A DNA stretch of 64,000 nt from assembly GCA_026936335.1 (NCBI GenBank), contig JAPMXV010000010.1, positions 228,483-292,482 on the forward strand. Direction: 5' to 3'. Below, in pieces: positions 46,546-58,091 of this stretch. Positions within the stretch are counted from its first letter, which is position 1. Each line of letters starts with the position of its first letter. Source of the DNA: Mantamonas sphyraenae STR306 (Eukaryota; Protista; CRuMs). The notes under the pieces were generated by a model that saw only the letters and a list, made by a program, of their open reading frames with translations, made no database searches and had not been told where the DNA came from. The translations under genes were made by a program, and so were the position numbers.

Positions 46546-49026
46546 ATGTCGAGAAAACGAAGCAAGATGGAGCCGAGTCTGGAGGACGACCATGAGGAAG
46601 GAGACGACGGGCTGCCGGAACACAAACGGCAGCGGGTGGACGGGAGGGAGGTGGAACGAGGAGGCTGGCGGGCGATGACGACAAGCCGGAGCACAGAGCC
46701 ACAGGTGCTGGACGAGGCGCAACTGCAGATCCTGCGGCGAGTGACAGACGGAAAGCCGCTGCATATGCAGTTGAGCAACCTGGCGCACCATGGGGTGGCG
46801 CAGCGGGAGCAGGTGCGGGAACTTGTGGAGGCGCTGGAGGGGGCGAAGCAGAGGTCGCATGCGTCGCTGACGACAATGGCGAGTGTGGGAGTGCAGTTGC
46901 ATGTGGACGTGCGCCGATTGGGTGGGCTGGTGGTGAGCGAGCTGGAGCGGAGCGGAGGAACGCGTGTGGCGGTGCCGGTGCTTCAGACGCTGGCACGGGC
47001 GGTGCCGGTGCATGGGCTAGGGGCGCTTGGAGTGGACACGTCGCAGCTGATGACACTGGTGGTGTCAAACCTACACAGCAAGCATGCGCGCGTGCGGCAA
47101 GGGGTGCTGCGTATGCTGCACTGCTTTGAGCCGGACCTGCGGCTGGACAGCCTGCTTCAAACGACAGTAGCGTCGTCGCTGCAGGACTCGGACGCACGTG
47201 TGCGGCTGCAAGCATTGCGTACGCTACGCACGCTGCAGCTTCAACGAAAGAGCAACCTGCGGATGGGCTGGTATCCGCGGTTTGCAGAGCTGCTGCAAGA
47301 CGAGGCTGCAATCGTGCGCGAAGCAGCGCTGCGGAACATGCACGCGCTGGCGCTGTTGTACCCAGACCTGCTGAATGACACGTTTACAATGGTGTGCCGC
47401 ATGGCGACGGACCCGTCGGCTGAAGTACGCGTGACAGCGTGCCGTACGTTGGGGGTGCTGCACGGGGTGGACGAATCGTTCTTGCTGCAGGCGTTTAGCA
47501 AGAAGACGACGAAAATGCGGCTGCGGGGAATCGACAAACAGGACATCCGCAAGACTGGGACGCTCATGGTGCCGCAGGGAGAGCGAGAGATTGCCGAGGG
47601 CGGGCGGGAGGAGGAGGACACGACACACAACGACGCGGCGGGGGCATTTGTGCACGGGCTTGAGGACGAGTTTTACCAGGTGCGCATGGCGACAATCGAT
47701 AGCATGTGCGAGCTGAGCATCCACTCGCGCAAGTTTTCGCTGAGGGCGATCGAAAGCCTGATTGACATGCTAAACGACGAAATCGACCTTGTGCGGCTGG
47801 AGGCGGTGAATGGCCTGCGGCGGGTGGCGTCGAACAGCCAGGTGCAACTGAAACAGGAGCAGATTGGAGTTGTGCTCGCGCTGCTGCAGGACAGGGACCG
47901 GGACATTCGTCGTGCGGTGCGCGCGCTGCTGTCGACCACGGACGTGATCAATTTGGACTCGCTGTACATCTCGGTGCAAGAGCTGCTGAACAACATCACA
48001 CGGTACGGAGAGGACAAAACGGACGTGTACATGACATTGCGGCGTCTGGGACTCCGGCACGCTCACTTTGTGGAGATCCTTGTGGAGGAGCTGCTGCGGC
48101 TGGACCCGCGGTTTGAGAGCGTGGAGGCGACGGTGGACGACGTCTACTACGTGAGCATCCTGATCATTGTGTTCAATGCGGCGGTGGGCAACCCAAACAT
48201 TCTGAGCCTGCTGCCAGAGTATGCGTTTCGGCACTACGCGTACCTGCAGACAGAGATGGGCCAAATGTTCCACGCGGCAGCGTTTCCAAGCATTGGAGGT
48301 ACGACGTTGCATGCGTGGGGAGAGGACGGGGGCATGGGCAGTGAAGGAGGACGTGTGCAGGAGGCGGAGCCCGAATGGTATGCGGAGCAGGTGTATGCGT
48401 GCTGCGACAAGGGGTACGAAGCGGCAGTGGCGGAGGAAGTGACGGTGGCGGAGTTGCGGGACAAGGTGGCGAGGATGGACAAGCAGTTGAGCCGGTGCGC
48501 GCAGCTTGTGCCGCGGCTGGCAGGGTCGGCGGCGTTTGTGCGGATGTACCTTGAGTTGCTTGTGATGCAGGTGCAACTGGCGCACAGTCACTTTGTGGAC
48601 GATGCGCAGCGAGTGGCGTTGGAAGGGAAGCTGCGAGGGCACACACGGGACATGTGTTCGCGGTTCGTGGGGTTGCCGCCGTCGAAGCGGAAACAGCTGC
48701 AGGCGCTGAGTGCAAAGAGCGGCTTGCTGCGACTGGATATCGACGGGTGTGTGGTGAAAGAGTATGCGGCGGAGTGGAACGGGCAGGTGGAGAGGCAGCA
48801 CGGGATGGCGCATGTGCGTGCGCTTGTGCACCACGTGCCACGTGCGGGCATGCTGCACTTTTGTATCGGCGAGGAGGCGGTGCGTGTGGGTGTGCATGCG
48901 TCGGAGTACCGACGTGTGACAGCGCACACGTGGGAGTTGGACAAGCGGTTGTTTTCTGAGGACGGGAGTGAGGTGACGGAGATTCGATTGTGTGTGGGGG
49001 ACAGTGAGTTGGTGCATTGTCCATGA
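46546..49026 (+). CDS. INTS4: Integrator complex subunit 4 (HEAT repeats)
   Basis: AAGAFVHGLEDEFYQVR...LIDMLNDEIDLVRL signature and YVSILIIVFNAA. Confidence 0.87.
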   Translation: MSRKRSKMEPSLEDDHEEGDDGLPEHKRQRVDGREVERGGWRAMTTSRSTEPQVLDEAQLQILRRVTDGKPLHMQLSNLAHHGVAQREQVRELVEALEGAKQRSHASLTTMASVGVQLHVDVRRLGGLVVSELERSGGTRVAVPVLQTLARAVPVHGLGALGVDTSQLMTLVVSNLHSKHARVRQGVLRMLHCFEPDLRLDSLLQTTVASSLQDSDARVRLQALRTLRTLQLQRKSNLRMGWYPRFAELLQDEAAIVREAALRNMHALALLYPDLLNDTFTMVCRMATDPSAEVRVTACRTLGVLHGVDESFLLQAFSKKTTKMRLRGIDKQDIRKTGTLMVPQGEREIAEGGREEEDTTHNDAAGAFVHGLEDEFYQVRMATIDSMCELSIHSRKFSLRAIESLIDMLNDEIDLVRLEAVNGLRRVASNSQVQLKQEQIGVVLALLQDRDRDIRRAVRALLSTTDVINLDSLYISVQELLNNITRYGEDKTDVYMTLRRLGLRHAHFVEILVEELLRLDPRFESVEATVDDVYYVSILIIVFNAAVGNPNILSLLPEYAFRHYAYLQTEMGQMFHAAAFPSIGGTTLHAWGEDGGMGSEGGRVQEAEPEWYAEQVYACCDKGYEAAVAEEVTVAELRDKVARMDKQLSRCAQLVPRLAGSAAFVRMYLELLVMQVQLAHSHFVDDAQRVALEGKLRGHTRDMCSRFVGLPPSKRKQLQALSAKSGLLRLDIDGCVVKEYAAEWNGQVERQHGMAHVRALVHHVPRAGMLHFCIGEEAVRVGVHASEYRRVTAHTWELDKRLFSEDGSEVTEIRLCVGDSELVHCP

Positions 49027-49111
49027 GTGAGCTGAGGAGTGCTGAGCAGTGGGTAGAACGAGTTGGTGTATTGATTGTCCATGCGCATAATACGAATGCA
49101 ATTGTGTGCGG

Positions 49112-52100
49112 CTACCTGGCTGTGCGGCCAAGCATGAGGCGGCCGGCTACGTCTCGTTCAAGGACGTTTGCAAACTGGAGGCGGAGTTGGCGCTTCTTGA
49201 GGAGGAGGGTAAGGTAGCGCGTGCCGTCGTAGAGGATGGTGATGTTTGCGGACCACTTTGTGTTGATGATGGCCTTGACGCTGCCACCAGACGGGTTGAA
49301 GGGCTCAAGGCGGAGCTTCTTCTTGCTGGCGATGAGGACGAGCTGCTGGTCACCTTCGCCGTCTTCAAACACCATCCATTGGTAGACATCGTCGGGTCGG
49401 GTGAGCATGACGTCGACCTGGTTGCTGACAAACGGGTCGTCGACGAGCGGGGGAACGTCGAATTGAACGGGGTCGCCTGTGTTGCCGGCTTGGTCGACAG
49501 GGGTGTATGTGACGCGAATCTGGGTCGCGTTGAGGTGCTCGGGCTTGGGAAGCCAGCAATGGCAAGGCCCGCGGAGCTCGCGGCGCCAGCGCTCTTCGCC
49601 AGGAAAGAGGGTGGACCATTCGATGATGCTGTCGCCTTCGCGCTCGCCAACATAGTCGGCCTGAACAAAGAGAGGGGTATCGTAGTAGCGACCGGAAGTG
49701 ACGCGGAGGCGTTCGACGACAGGGGTGCCCTCTTGCACGACCTGGAGGGATGTGATGGCAGATTCTCCTGGGGCGCCAAAGATGCTGAATGGGGTCACGC
49801 GTACGCAGATGGCGGTGCCGACAGGCAAGTTCTTGAGACTTAGGGAGCGTTGGTGCTGGCCACGGATGACGGCGAGGATGAGATCGTTGTCGTCGAGTCC
49901 GTCGAGGTTGTCGATGCGGCGGAGCCAGCTGACGCGTGTGCTGTACAGGTTGTCGTACACGGAGGCCTTGTTGAACTCGACACGAAGGGTAGCGCCACGC
50001 ATGCAGCGGCCCTCGACGCGAACTTTTGTGACGGGCCCGACGTTTTGGTAGGCGTCGAGGGACATGACCTCGTCGAGGGCGTGGGAGTCGATGGGCTGGA
50101 GCTGGTCGATGGTTGCGAGGAGGTCGCTTCGGTGGAGCTGGCCTGTGGATGGGTCGCGTGGAAGAGAGTCGAGGAGGTCAACGAGGTGTGTGGAGAGGCG
50201 GAGAGGCACGCGGAGGAACTGTCGTGCGTTGGCGATGGTGTCGACGACATACTGGCGAATGTCGTTGTCATTGGCGTCGTCGTCGTCGTCGTCGTCGTCG
50301 CTGTCGTCGGTGGAGGCTGGGACTACAAAGATGTGGGGGAGCTGCCAGCCGGAGGGGAGGAAGCGGGGGACGACGGCGCACTCTTGGATGCGGTCGTCGT
50401 CGAGGAGGCAGTTTTCGATCTGCTGTGCGAGGGAGCGCACGAGGATGCCCGAGGAGGTGCGGTAGTCGATGAGGTTTGTGATGTGGCCGTCGACGTAGAG
50501 GTTGCTGTGCTCGTCAAAGCGGCCGAGGAGTCCTGTGAAAAAGCCGCCCTTGTTTGCGTTTACGGGCCGAAGGCCGTTGAGGGCGTGGGAACCGGTGTCG
50601 TAGAGGTAGCCGAGCATGGCGCCTGGGCAGGTGAGGACGATCTCGCCGACGATGTGTGCGGGGATGACAGTCGCAGCGCCCTGCGTTGGGTCGACGCCAG
50701 CGTTGACAACGACGGCGTGCATGTCTGCAAGGAGGGAGCCCATGTGCATGGTGTTGCCTCCAGCGGTGACCATGCCGCCGAGTTCGTCGAGGACGAGGGA
50801 GAACTGGAGAGAGGTGTTTGTGTCTGCAAAGGCGTCCTGGATGGCGTCTGCAGCGTCGGACTTGAAATCGAGATGGGAGCAGGCGACTCGATAAAGAGGA
50901 GCTGGGGGTTGGTTGCGACAAAGTTTGTGTGGTCAAAGTCGATGTCGCCTGCAAAGGCGGCAGCCATGCGGGTCATGAGAGCAGGGTTGATGGCGAGGAG
51001 GGTTGCGCCGTTGGAGGAGAGGTGGGAGGCGAGGAGGTGAAAGTCGGTGAGGTGCTGGTCGAGGACGAGGAGGTGTGCGCCTGTAATGAGGGGAAGGTAG
51101 AGGAGGCGTGTGATGGAGTAGGCTGTGGCGGCAGATGTGGCGATTGCGACGACCGAGTCGTTGTCGACATGCGTGGCTTCGTAGCCGCTGCGGAGGAGCT
51201 GGTCGAGCTTTGCGTGGAGGTCTGTGTGGCGAAACTCGATGGCGGAGCCCGGGGTATCTGCGGGATAAAGGCGAAGGGCGACGGAAGACGGGTCGACGCG
51301 GCTCTTGCCGAGGGTGAGGGTTGCGGAACGCTCGCGGTGGGAACGTGCGCCGGAAAAGGAGAAGCGCTTGGAGTCTGGGTGCTTTGTGGGGGTGGGAGGT
51401 GCGCGGCGCTCCTCTTCTTCGTCGATGTCGGAAAGCTCGAGCTCCTCGTCGCTGACGGCAAGGTCGTAGTCTTCGACAAACTCCTGGGTGAGGGACTGGA
51501 AGGTGACGCCGAGGAGAGGGTTGTCGTAGGCGTCGGCAGGAAGGTTTTCTGTTTGCTCGGGGTCTGTGTGGGCGAGGATGAGAAAGACGGCGCGGAGGCC
51601 GCTGAGCGCCGGGACGACGTTTGCGAGGGCGTCCTGGTAGACGTGTTCGTGGGCCACAATAAACTCTGGCTCAGCGTCAGCGAGGAGGATGTTGAGGGTT
51701 GTCTCGCCGAGAGAGGGCTGTATGGGGATGGCGACGGCGCCGAGGAGCTGGACGGCAAGGAGGGCGACGGTGAAGTAGGGACCGTTGTCGGCAAGGATGG
51801 CGACGCGGCAGCCTGGGGTCAGCTCGTAGTGTTGCTGGAGGTTGCCTGCACAGATGCGAACCTGGCGTGCGAGGTCGCGGTAGGTCATTGCGGGCTGGTC
51901 TTGGCCGGGAAGGGAAAAGGCGGGTCGGTCGCGCTGCTGTGGGTTCATCTCGAACTTGGAGAGGACGTGGGCAGCAATGGATGTAGAGAGGGAGGAGGGG
52001 GCGGGGCTCTTGGAGGTGGGGAACACAGAGTGGCGCCTGTGGTGGGAGTCTGTGCGGAAGAGGCAGCGTGTGATGACGTCTTGGTCGAGGGGCGGGAGGA

Positions 52101-53511
52101 CGGCGCGCTTGTCTGAGGAGGGGGAGGTGAGGGTGTCTGGCGGGGTCTCGCGTGCGCGAAGGAGGGTGGCTGCAGTGTCGGCGAGGTCTGCATCGTGGAG
52201 ATGAAGAGGATTAACGCGGTGGCGCTTGGATTGGGGCGGGGTCTTTGTGAAAGGGGCGAGGGAGGAAGAGGAGGAAGAGGAGGAGAGAGGAGAGGAGGAG
52301 GAGGAGGAGGATGCCGGGGGCGCGTCGGAAAAGATGATGCGGGTGCGGATGAGGGAGAGGTAGAGCATGAGGACGCGTCGGTTTGGCTTTTTGGCAAAGA
52401 GTCGTGGCTCGAGGAGAGGCGGGATGCCGTACCAGCGCTGAAAGAGGGCAAGAGACTTTTCGAGGCGCTTGCGTGCGGTGTGGTAGCGGTGGTACTTTTC
52501 GACTTCTGAGGCCTGGCCCTGAGGGGCGAGGTGGGCGAGCATGTGGAGAAAGACGTGGCCGTCGGCAAAGGAGGCGGTGTCTGTGATGGTTGTGCCTCGC
52601 TTGCACTGTGACTTGGCCCAGGTGCGAAGTTTTTCGAAGGCAGTGTCCTCGTCGCCTTGGAAGTCAAAGTCTGGGTTCTGGGAGAGGATTTCTTGGGATT
52701 GGAGAGGGGGGAGGATCTGGGAGGAGAGCTGTGGGGAGGGTGGGAGGGTGAAGGGGGGTTTTGGTAGAGTCGAGGTGGGGTGGGGTGGATCGGGGGAAGC
52801 GGGGAGGCGTGATTGGGTGTGAGCGGGGAGGGTGGAGTGGGAAGGGGCCCGATTTGGCAAGAGAGGGGAAACGCACAGCAAGGGTCCAGAAGAGGTTGAG
52901 GAAGAGGAGGAGGTTGCCGCCAAAGATGTCCTGGAGGTCGACGTTTGCGAGGGAGATCTCGCCCCAGCGCTCGAGGTGGTAGAGGACATTGATGCAGTTT
53001 TCGAGGACGTGTGCGTGGGAGGAGGGGAACTCGTTCCAGGAGTGTGCTGGACGCCAAAGAGGTTGTCGAGGAGGAGGTTGAGGACAACGCCATCGAGGAG
53101 GTCGTCGGGAATGCGCTTGATGTGGATGTTTGGGCTGAGGATGTGGTTTATCCAGCGTGTGTAGGCCTGTGGGAGGAAGAAGGGCGGGAAGGGATGTCAG
53201 GGATTGGGATTGCACGCAAGGGTGGCGGGGCAGGGACGTACAATGACTTCCTGGTGGCGAGCGGGCAAAAGGGAGCGGTTGTCTGCGAGGTAGAGGGGCA
53301 GACAATTGTGGTCGGAGTAGGAGGCGCTGTGGTAGTGGATGCGTCCAGAGTGGTGGTCGTGGGGATACAGGAAATTTTGAGCCTGGATGGCGTCGACGTG
53401 GCTGGTGACACTGCGTGCGTCGTCGTCGCCGTGGGTGCTCATGGAGTCGCTGGTGAGGCCTCCCGGGTGGGAGGAGGCCTCGGAAGGAGCGAGTGCGAGA
53501 GAGTCGCTCAT
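49112..53511 (-). CDS. CH-CH + degenerate AMP-binding (ANL) domain + AIR9-like Ig-repeat fusion protein (two apparent frameshifts)
   Basis: YTRWINHIL..DDLLDGVVL and LRTWAK..SFADG (CH). MTYRDL..PGCRVAIL..GAVAIP, GEIVL...GY and IENCL..IQECAVV (ANL). VRVTPFS..G..GES and IRVTYTPVDQAGNTG (A9-like). Confidence 0.65.
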
Positions 53512-53612
53512 GGGGCGATGATGTTTGTTGGTGGTGATGGCGGGGGAGATTGAGGGGGTGGGGGGGGTGAATGGGGTGTATCCTGTCCACAGGGTCTGCG
53601 GTGGGGTGGGAT

Positions 53613-55148
53613 CTATTCTTGCCAAAAGTCGTCGGACACGTCGATGCGGCCTTGGGCGATGTATCGGCGTGCGTTGCGGTCGAGGCGGTCCATATTGTAC
53701 TTGTAGTTGACCATGATGCCGGCAGACTGCTTGAGGCCGTTGGGAGAGGTGTCTGCAAGCCAATTGAGGCGCTCTACGGTGGCACCATTGCGGAGGTGGA
53801 AGTTTGCGACACGGTTGTGGGCTTGGAATCCGCGTTTCTCGTTGACAATGTACTCGCGGCAGAGACGGAGGAGAGGCTGACGGAGGATGTCTGCAAAGTG
53901 TGGGTTCTTGACCCAGGAGGTGCGGAGGGCGGTGACGAGGGCCTGGAGGGGATCGGCGGCAGGGTTTGCAGCGAGGATGTTGCGTTCCTCGGTGGGGGTC
54001 AGGAGCGGGGTGGCGATGTTGCCTGCAGGGGACTGCGATTGGCGGCGATGTACGGAGACGCGCTTTTCTAGCCAGGAGACAAAGCCAGGGATGGGGCTGA
54101 GGGTGGAAAAGGTGTCGATTGCGCCGCCAAACTCGCGCTTGAGCTCAAGGGCGACACGCTTGATGAGGTGGTTGCCGAGCTCGATGCCACTGAGGCCACG
54201 TTGGGTGGCGTTGATTGCGTAAAAGATTGCAGCGCGAGCGTCGCTTTCGTGGTTGAGCGGGTTGCGGTTTGCAAGGATGTCGTCGATGTTCTGGGTGAGG
54301 TCTCGGGTGAGGGCAACGGTGACAAAGACGAGGGGCTGGTCAGGCATGGCCGGGTGGAAGAAGCCGAAGCAACGGCGGCCGTCACCGAGGCGGCTCTGGA
54401 GCTGGTCGATGGAGCGGACGCGGTGGACGGATTCGCCGTGGGCAATCTTTTGGAGGAGAGAGGCGGGGGAGTCCCAGGTGATGCGCTCGAGAGAGAGCAT
54501 GCCGACGGAAAACAGGGAGGCAAGAACATGGCGGAGTTCGTCGTCGAGCTGTTTGAGGGGTTGGTTGACCTTGACGTTGAGGTCGAGGAGATCAGCGCGA
54601 GCGTGGACGAGGAGCGGTAGGCCCTGGGAGGCGAGGGCAAGCTTGCCAAACATGCGGCGGTAGTCGGGGGCGAGGGAGAGGCGGAGTTGGTTGCGTGCAA
54701 GGACGAGGTCGCTGGGAAGGGTGCGTTTGGAGTCGGCGAGGGAGGCAAAGGTGTGTGCACAGTCGAGGATGCGTTTGTCGTCGACGGCCCATTGGTTGGC
54801 CATGAGGACGAGGGCATACTGCTTGCCAGCGGGACTGGTGCGGCTGTAGCGTTCGCTGAGGCGGCGGATGAGGGGGAGGCGGTGTTTGATGCGCTCGTGG
54901 CGTTGGAGGAGGACGCCCAGGCGGGTGAGGGCCTTGACCTCAGAGAGGACGGGGCGCGGGATGAGTGTGGAGAGCTTTTGCCAGAGTTCGGGAGGGTTGT
55001 GGATGGGAAGGGCGGTGTGGAGTTGGTTGAGGGTGCTGCGGTCGACCTTGTGTGGACGTGTGGCGTAGCGGCGGATGGAGAGGGAGAGCGGGTGGTGGGA
55101 TGATGAAGGTATTGGGTGGATGAGTGATTGGGAGCGTCTGGCAAACAT
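53613..55148 (-). CDS. MLYCD: Malonyl-CoA decarboxylase
   Basis: LERITWDSPASLLQKI..ESVH, RRCFGFFHP, GLSGIELGNHLIKRV, FSTLSPIPGF and VANFHLRNGA; Arg/Ser-rich presequence. Confidence 0.96.
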   Translation of the reverse strand: MFARRSQSLIHPIPSSSHHPLSLSIRRYATRPHKVDRSTLNQLHTALPIHNPPELWQKLSTLIPRPVLSEVKALTRLGVLLQRHERIKHRLPLIRRLSERYSRTSPAGKQYALVLMANQWAVDDKRILDCAHTFASLADSKRTLPSDLVLARNQLRLSLAPDYRRMFGKLALASQGLPLLVHARADLLDLNVKVNQPLKQLDDELRHVLASLFSVGMLSLERITWDSPASLLQKIAHGESVHRVRSIDQLQSRLGDGRRCFGFFHPAMPDQPLVFVTVALTRDLTQNIDDILANRNPLNHESDARAAIFYAINATQRGLSGIELGNHLIKRVALELKREFGGAIDTFSTLSPIPGFVSWLEKRVSVHRRQSQSPAGNIATPLLTPTEERNILAANPAADPLQALVTALRTSWVKNPHFADILRQPLLRLCREYIVNEKRGFQAHNRVANFHLRNGATVERLNWLADTSPNGLKQSAGIMVNYKYNMDRLDRNARRYIAQGRIDVSDDFWQE

Positions 55149-55203
55149 GGTGGGCTGGGGGAGCGAGCGCGGACGCGGGCAGGACAAAAAAGAGCCAAAA
55201 GGG

Positions 55204-56276
55204 ATGGAATTTGTGCGGGAGCTGTTGCTGAAGGCAGTTCTGGTGAGCATGCCGTGGCTGGATTATGTGGAGCGAGTGAGGAACCCGGTGTTGGACGCAG
55301 TGTTCCAGGTGGCGTCGTTTAGCGGGGAGGAAGACTTTTTCGCAGGAGCGATTCCAACTGCGTTTTGGTTGTGCGGGTCGCAGTTTGGGCGGCTGTTTCA
55401 AGTGCTGTTGACGGCGACGCTGTGGGGCGGGAATGGACTGAAGAACGCTCTGGCTCTTCCGCGGCCGAAAACGGTTCGCGGACTGCAGTGTCGGGACTAC
55501 GGGTTTCCCGAGCACGCACAGCATGAATGGGGTGGCGATCCCGCTGTCGCTGGCGGCGTATGGGATTGCGCGAGGGATGGTTTCGGAGGCGTGGTGGGGC
55601 TATGCGGTGTTTTGGGCGGTGTTGGTGATGGCAAGCCGATTGTACCTGGGCGTGCACTCGCCGGCGGATGTGGCGGGAGGGGCAGTGCTTGGATACTGGC
55701 TGTATGCGTGGAGCGGGTGGTAGTAAGTGTGGATTGAGGAGGGTGGGGAAGGTGTATGGAGCGGGGGAGAGCGTACGATGTGCAGGGTGCGGGCGCGGGA
55801 GGGGCTGACACGGCAGAGCGGCAGTGTGGAGGAGGCAGATGCGTTCTTGGTGGCTTCTGGGAGCGTGGGTCTGTGGGTGAGTGTGGTGGGCCCGGCGGTG
55901 CTGGCGTGGGCGCACCCGAGGTCGGTGAGGGCGACGCAATCGATGGGCGAGTCGACGCTGGTGTGTGGGATGCTGAGTGGAATTCTGGTAGGGGGACAGG
56001 GCGGAGAGTGCTTGTTGGTGCCTGGAAGCGGTTGGGGGCGGGAAGAGGTGGGCGTTCTATGGGACGCTGCTGGGACTTGGGTTTGCGGTGCTTCTCGGGA
56101 TTCGGGCAGCTGTCAAGGCGATGCTGCGGGAGATGCTGGACAGGGTGTACGGCCCAAAGTGGGAGCTGGAGTATGCGATGGTGTTGAAGTATGTGCAGTA
56201 CGTGGTGGTGGGGTGGATGATTGCGGTCGGTGTGCCGGCGTTGCTTGTGGAGGCGGGTGTGGCGCAGTGGGGATGA
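55204..56276 (+). CDS. PAP2-family lipid phosphate phosphatase (sphingosine-1-phosphate phosphatase-like; apparent frameshifts near 55508 and 55991)
   Basis: KNALALPRP, YGFP|STH (across a frameshift) and SRLYLGVHS. Intron 55723-55824. Confidence 0.8.
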
Positions 56277-56377
56277 AGAGGGAGTGAGGGAGTGAGGCGT
56301 GGAAATGAAGGGTGGGTCGAGTTGTGGAGAAAGGTTGCGGATGGTGTGCGGGAGGTGAGCCAAAAGGAAAAGCAGGG

Positions 56378-56938
56378 ATGAGTGAGGCGGGGGCAAGCAA
56401 TGGGATGGAGATGGAGGTGCTCGGGGTGGAAGATGCAGAGTGCGCGTGGGAACTGGACCAGGAGGCGCATGGGAAGTACGAGGCGCTGTCGTTGGAGGAG
56501 TGGAAGGAAAAGCTGGAGCGGAGCGGAGGCCGTGCGGCGGCGCAGATGGGGCTGTGGAGTGGAGATGTGCTGTTGGCGATGGGAGGGTATGTGTTTATTC
56601 CGAAGGATGCGGTCGTGGTGAGCGTGTGCGTGCGGGACGGGTTCAGGAGGCTGGGGCTGGGGCGGCACGTTGTGCGTGTGCTGGTGAAGCAGGCAAAGGA
56701 GGCGCAGGGGTTGGAGGTGGACTGGGTGCGGATGGTGGTGCGAGAGGACGATGAAGCGGGACAGTCGTTTGCAAAAGGCATCGGGCTGGGGAGGACAAAG
56801 CAGGGGAATGTGGAGGGGTTGGTTTACGCCGGCAAGGCGCAGGCGGTGGCGGATAGTGGAGGCACGGTGGACTGGGCGGCAGTGGAGGAGAGGGGAAAGG
56901 GGGAGGTGGGGATGGATGAGTTGGAGTTGGTGCTGTAG
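56378..56938 (+). CDS. GNAT-family acetyltransferase-like protein
   Basis: Acetyl-CoA motif A VCVRDGFRRLGLG, followed by VREDDEAGQSFAKGIG. Confidence 0.6.
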   Translation: MSEAGASNGMEMEVLGVEDAECAWELDQEAHGKYEALSLEEWKEKLERSGGRAAAQMGLWSGDVLLAMGGYVFIPKDAVVVSVCVRDGFRRLGLGRHVVRVLVKQAKEAQGLEVDWVRMVVREDDEAGQSFAKGIGLGRTKQGNVEGLVYAGKAQAVADSGGTVDWAAVEERGKGEVGMDELELVL

Positions 56939-56990
56939 GGTGTTGGCGGGGTGGGGGAAGGAGGGGGGGGGCGCGGGCGGGGGCACGTGA

Positions 56991-57499
56991 ATGGAAATGT
57001 CGGAAAATGCACACAAGATGACAGAGTTGATGGTAGCGGCAAAGGAGGGCAAGACGGAGGAGGTGGAGGCGTTGTTGGAAAAGGGGGCGGAGTTGGAGGC
57101 GGAGGATGAGTACGGCTGGACGGCGTTGATGTTTGCAGTGCACAATGGAAAGAGGACGCGGCGCTGGCGCTGCTGGGTGCAGGGGCAAAGGCAACAGGGG
57201 CTCGGCATCGTGGGTGGACGTTTGTGCTGGCTGCGGCGCAGGCGGGGGTGGAGAGCGTGGTGAAAGCGGTGCTGGCGGCAGGCGGAGATGCCGAGGTGAG
57301 CAAGGCGGAGGAGGAGGGGACGACGCCGTTGATGGTGGCTGCGGAGAACGGGTATGTGGAGATTGTGCGCATGTTGTTGGAGGCTGGGGCGGAGGTGAAC
57401 GCGATGCACTTTGTGGAGGAGACGACGGCGTTGTCGCTGGCGCAGGAGAACGAGGAGGACGTGATTGTTGGGTTGTTGGTGGCTGCTGGGGCCAAGTGA
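56991..57499 (+). CDS. Ankyrin-repeat protein (one frameshift near 57150)
   Basis: TELMVAAKEG, GWTALMFA and GTTPLMVAAENGYVEIVRMLLEAGAEVN. Confidence 0.8.
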
Positions 57500-57726
57500 G
57501 GGTGGAGAGGAAGTGAAAATGTGTGGTTTGTCGCGTGGAGAGGAGGCGGGGAGGGATTGGGAAGGCTCGTCTTGCTTCTTGCGGGGGTGGGTCCAACGCA
57601 TCTTGCACACACACGCACACGCACAATAGTCATAGGGTAGGGAAGGGCGGGGGTATAGAGGCTTGTGGGTGGGATAGGGAGGAAGAAACGTCAGGAAGGG
57701 CTGACACGTGGAATATCGCAGGAAAA

Positions 57727-57960
57727 ATGGGGTTGGGAAAAGATGAATGGGTTCAATTGTTGCAGAGTGGGGACCATGGGCGGATTGTGGAAGCTTTGGA
57801 GGCTCAAGGAACGGTGAGTTGGCGCGGGAAAGAGCCGGAAGGGCTTTGTGATCGTCGCACAACGAAGGGAAGGAGGGATGGGTGTGGGTGGGTGGGACGT
57901 GTGCTGACATGTTGCACATAGGAATTGGACCTTGCACAATGGGGGCTGGGGGGCAAAGGA
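57727..57960 (+). pseudogene. 5' fragment of a probable LRR gene, truncated
   Basis: A 29-codon exon, a canonical intron 57814-57921, then ELDLAQWGLGGKG (RI-like LRR start), after which similarity stops. Confidence 0.35.
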
Positions 57961-58091
57961 CGCATGTGGGCGAACACAAACGATGCTGACAAGAAAGGGA
58001 GGACGACGATGTGGTTGTTGCAACCACCGCATGGGCTGACGTGGAGGTCTGTACGCGAGAGGGTTCATTGGATGTGATGAAACTGAACACC

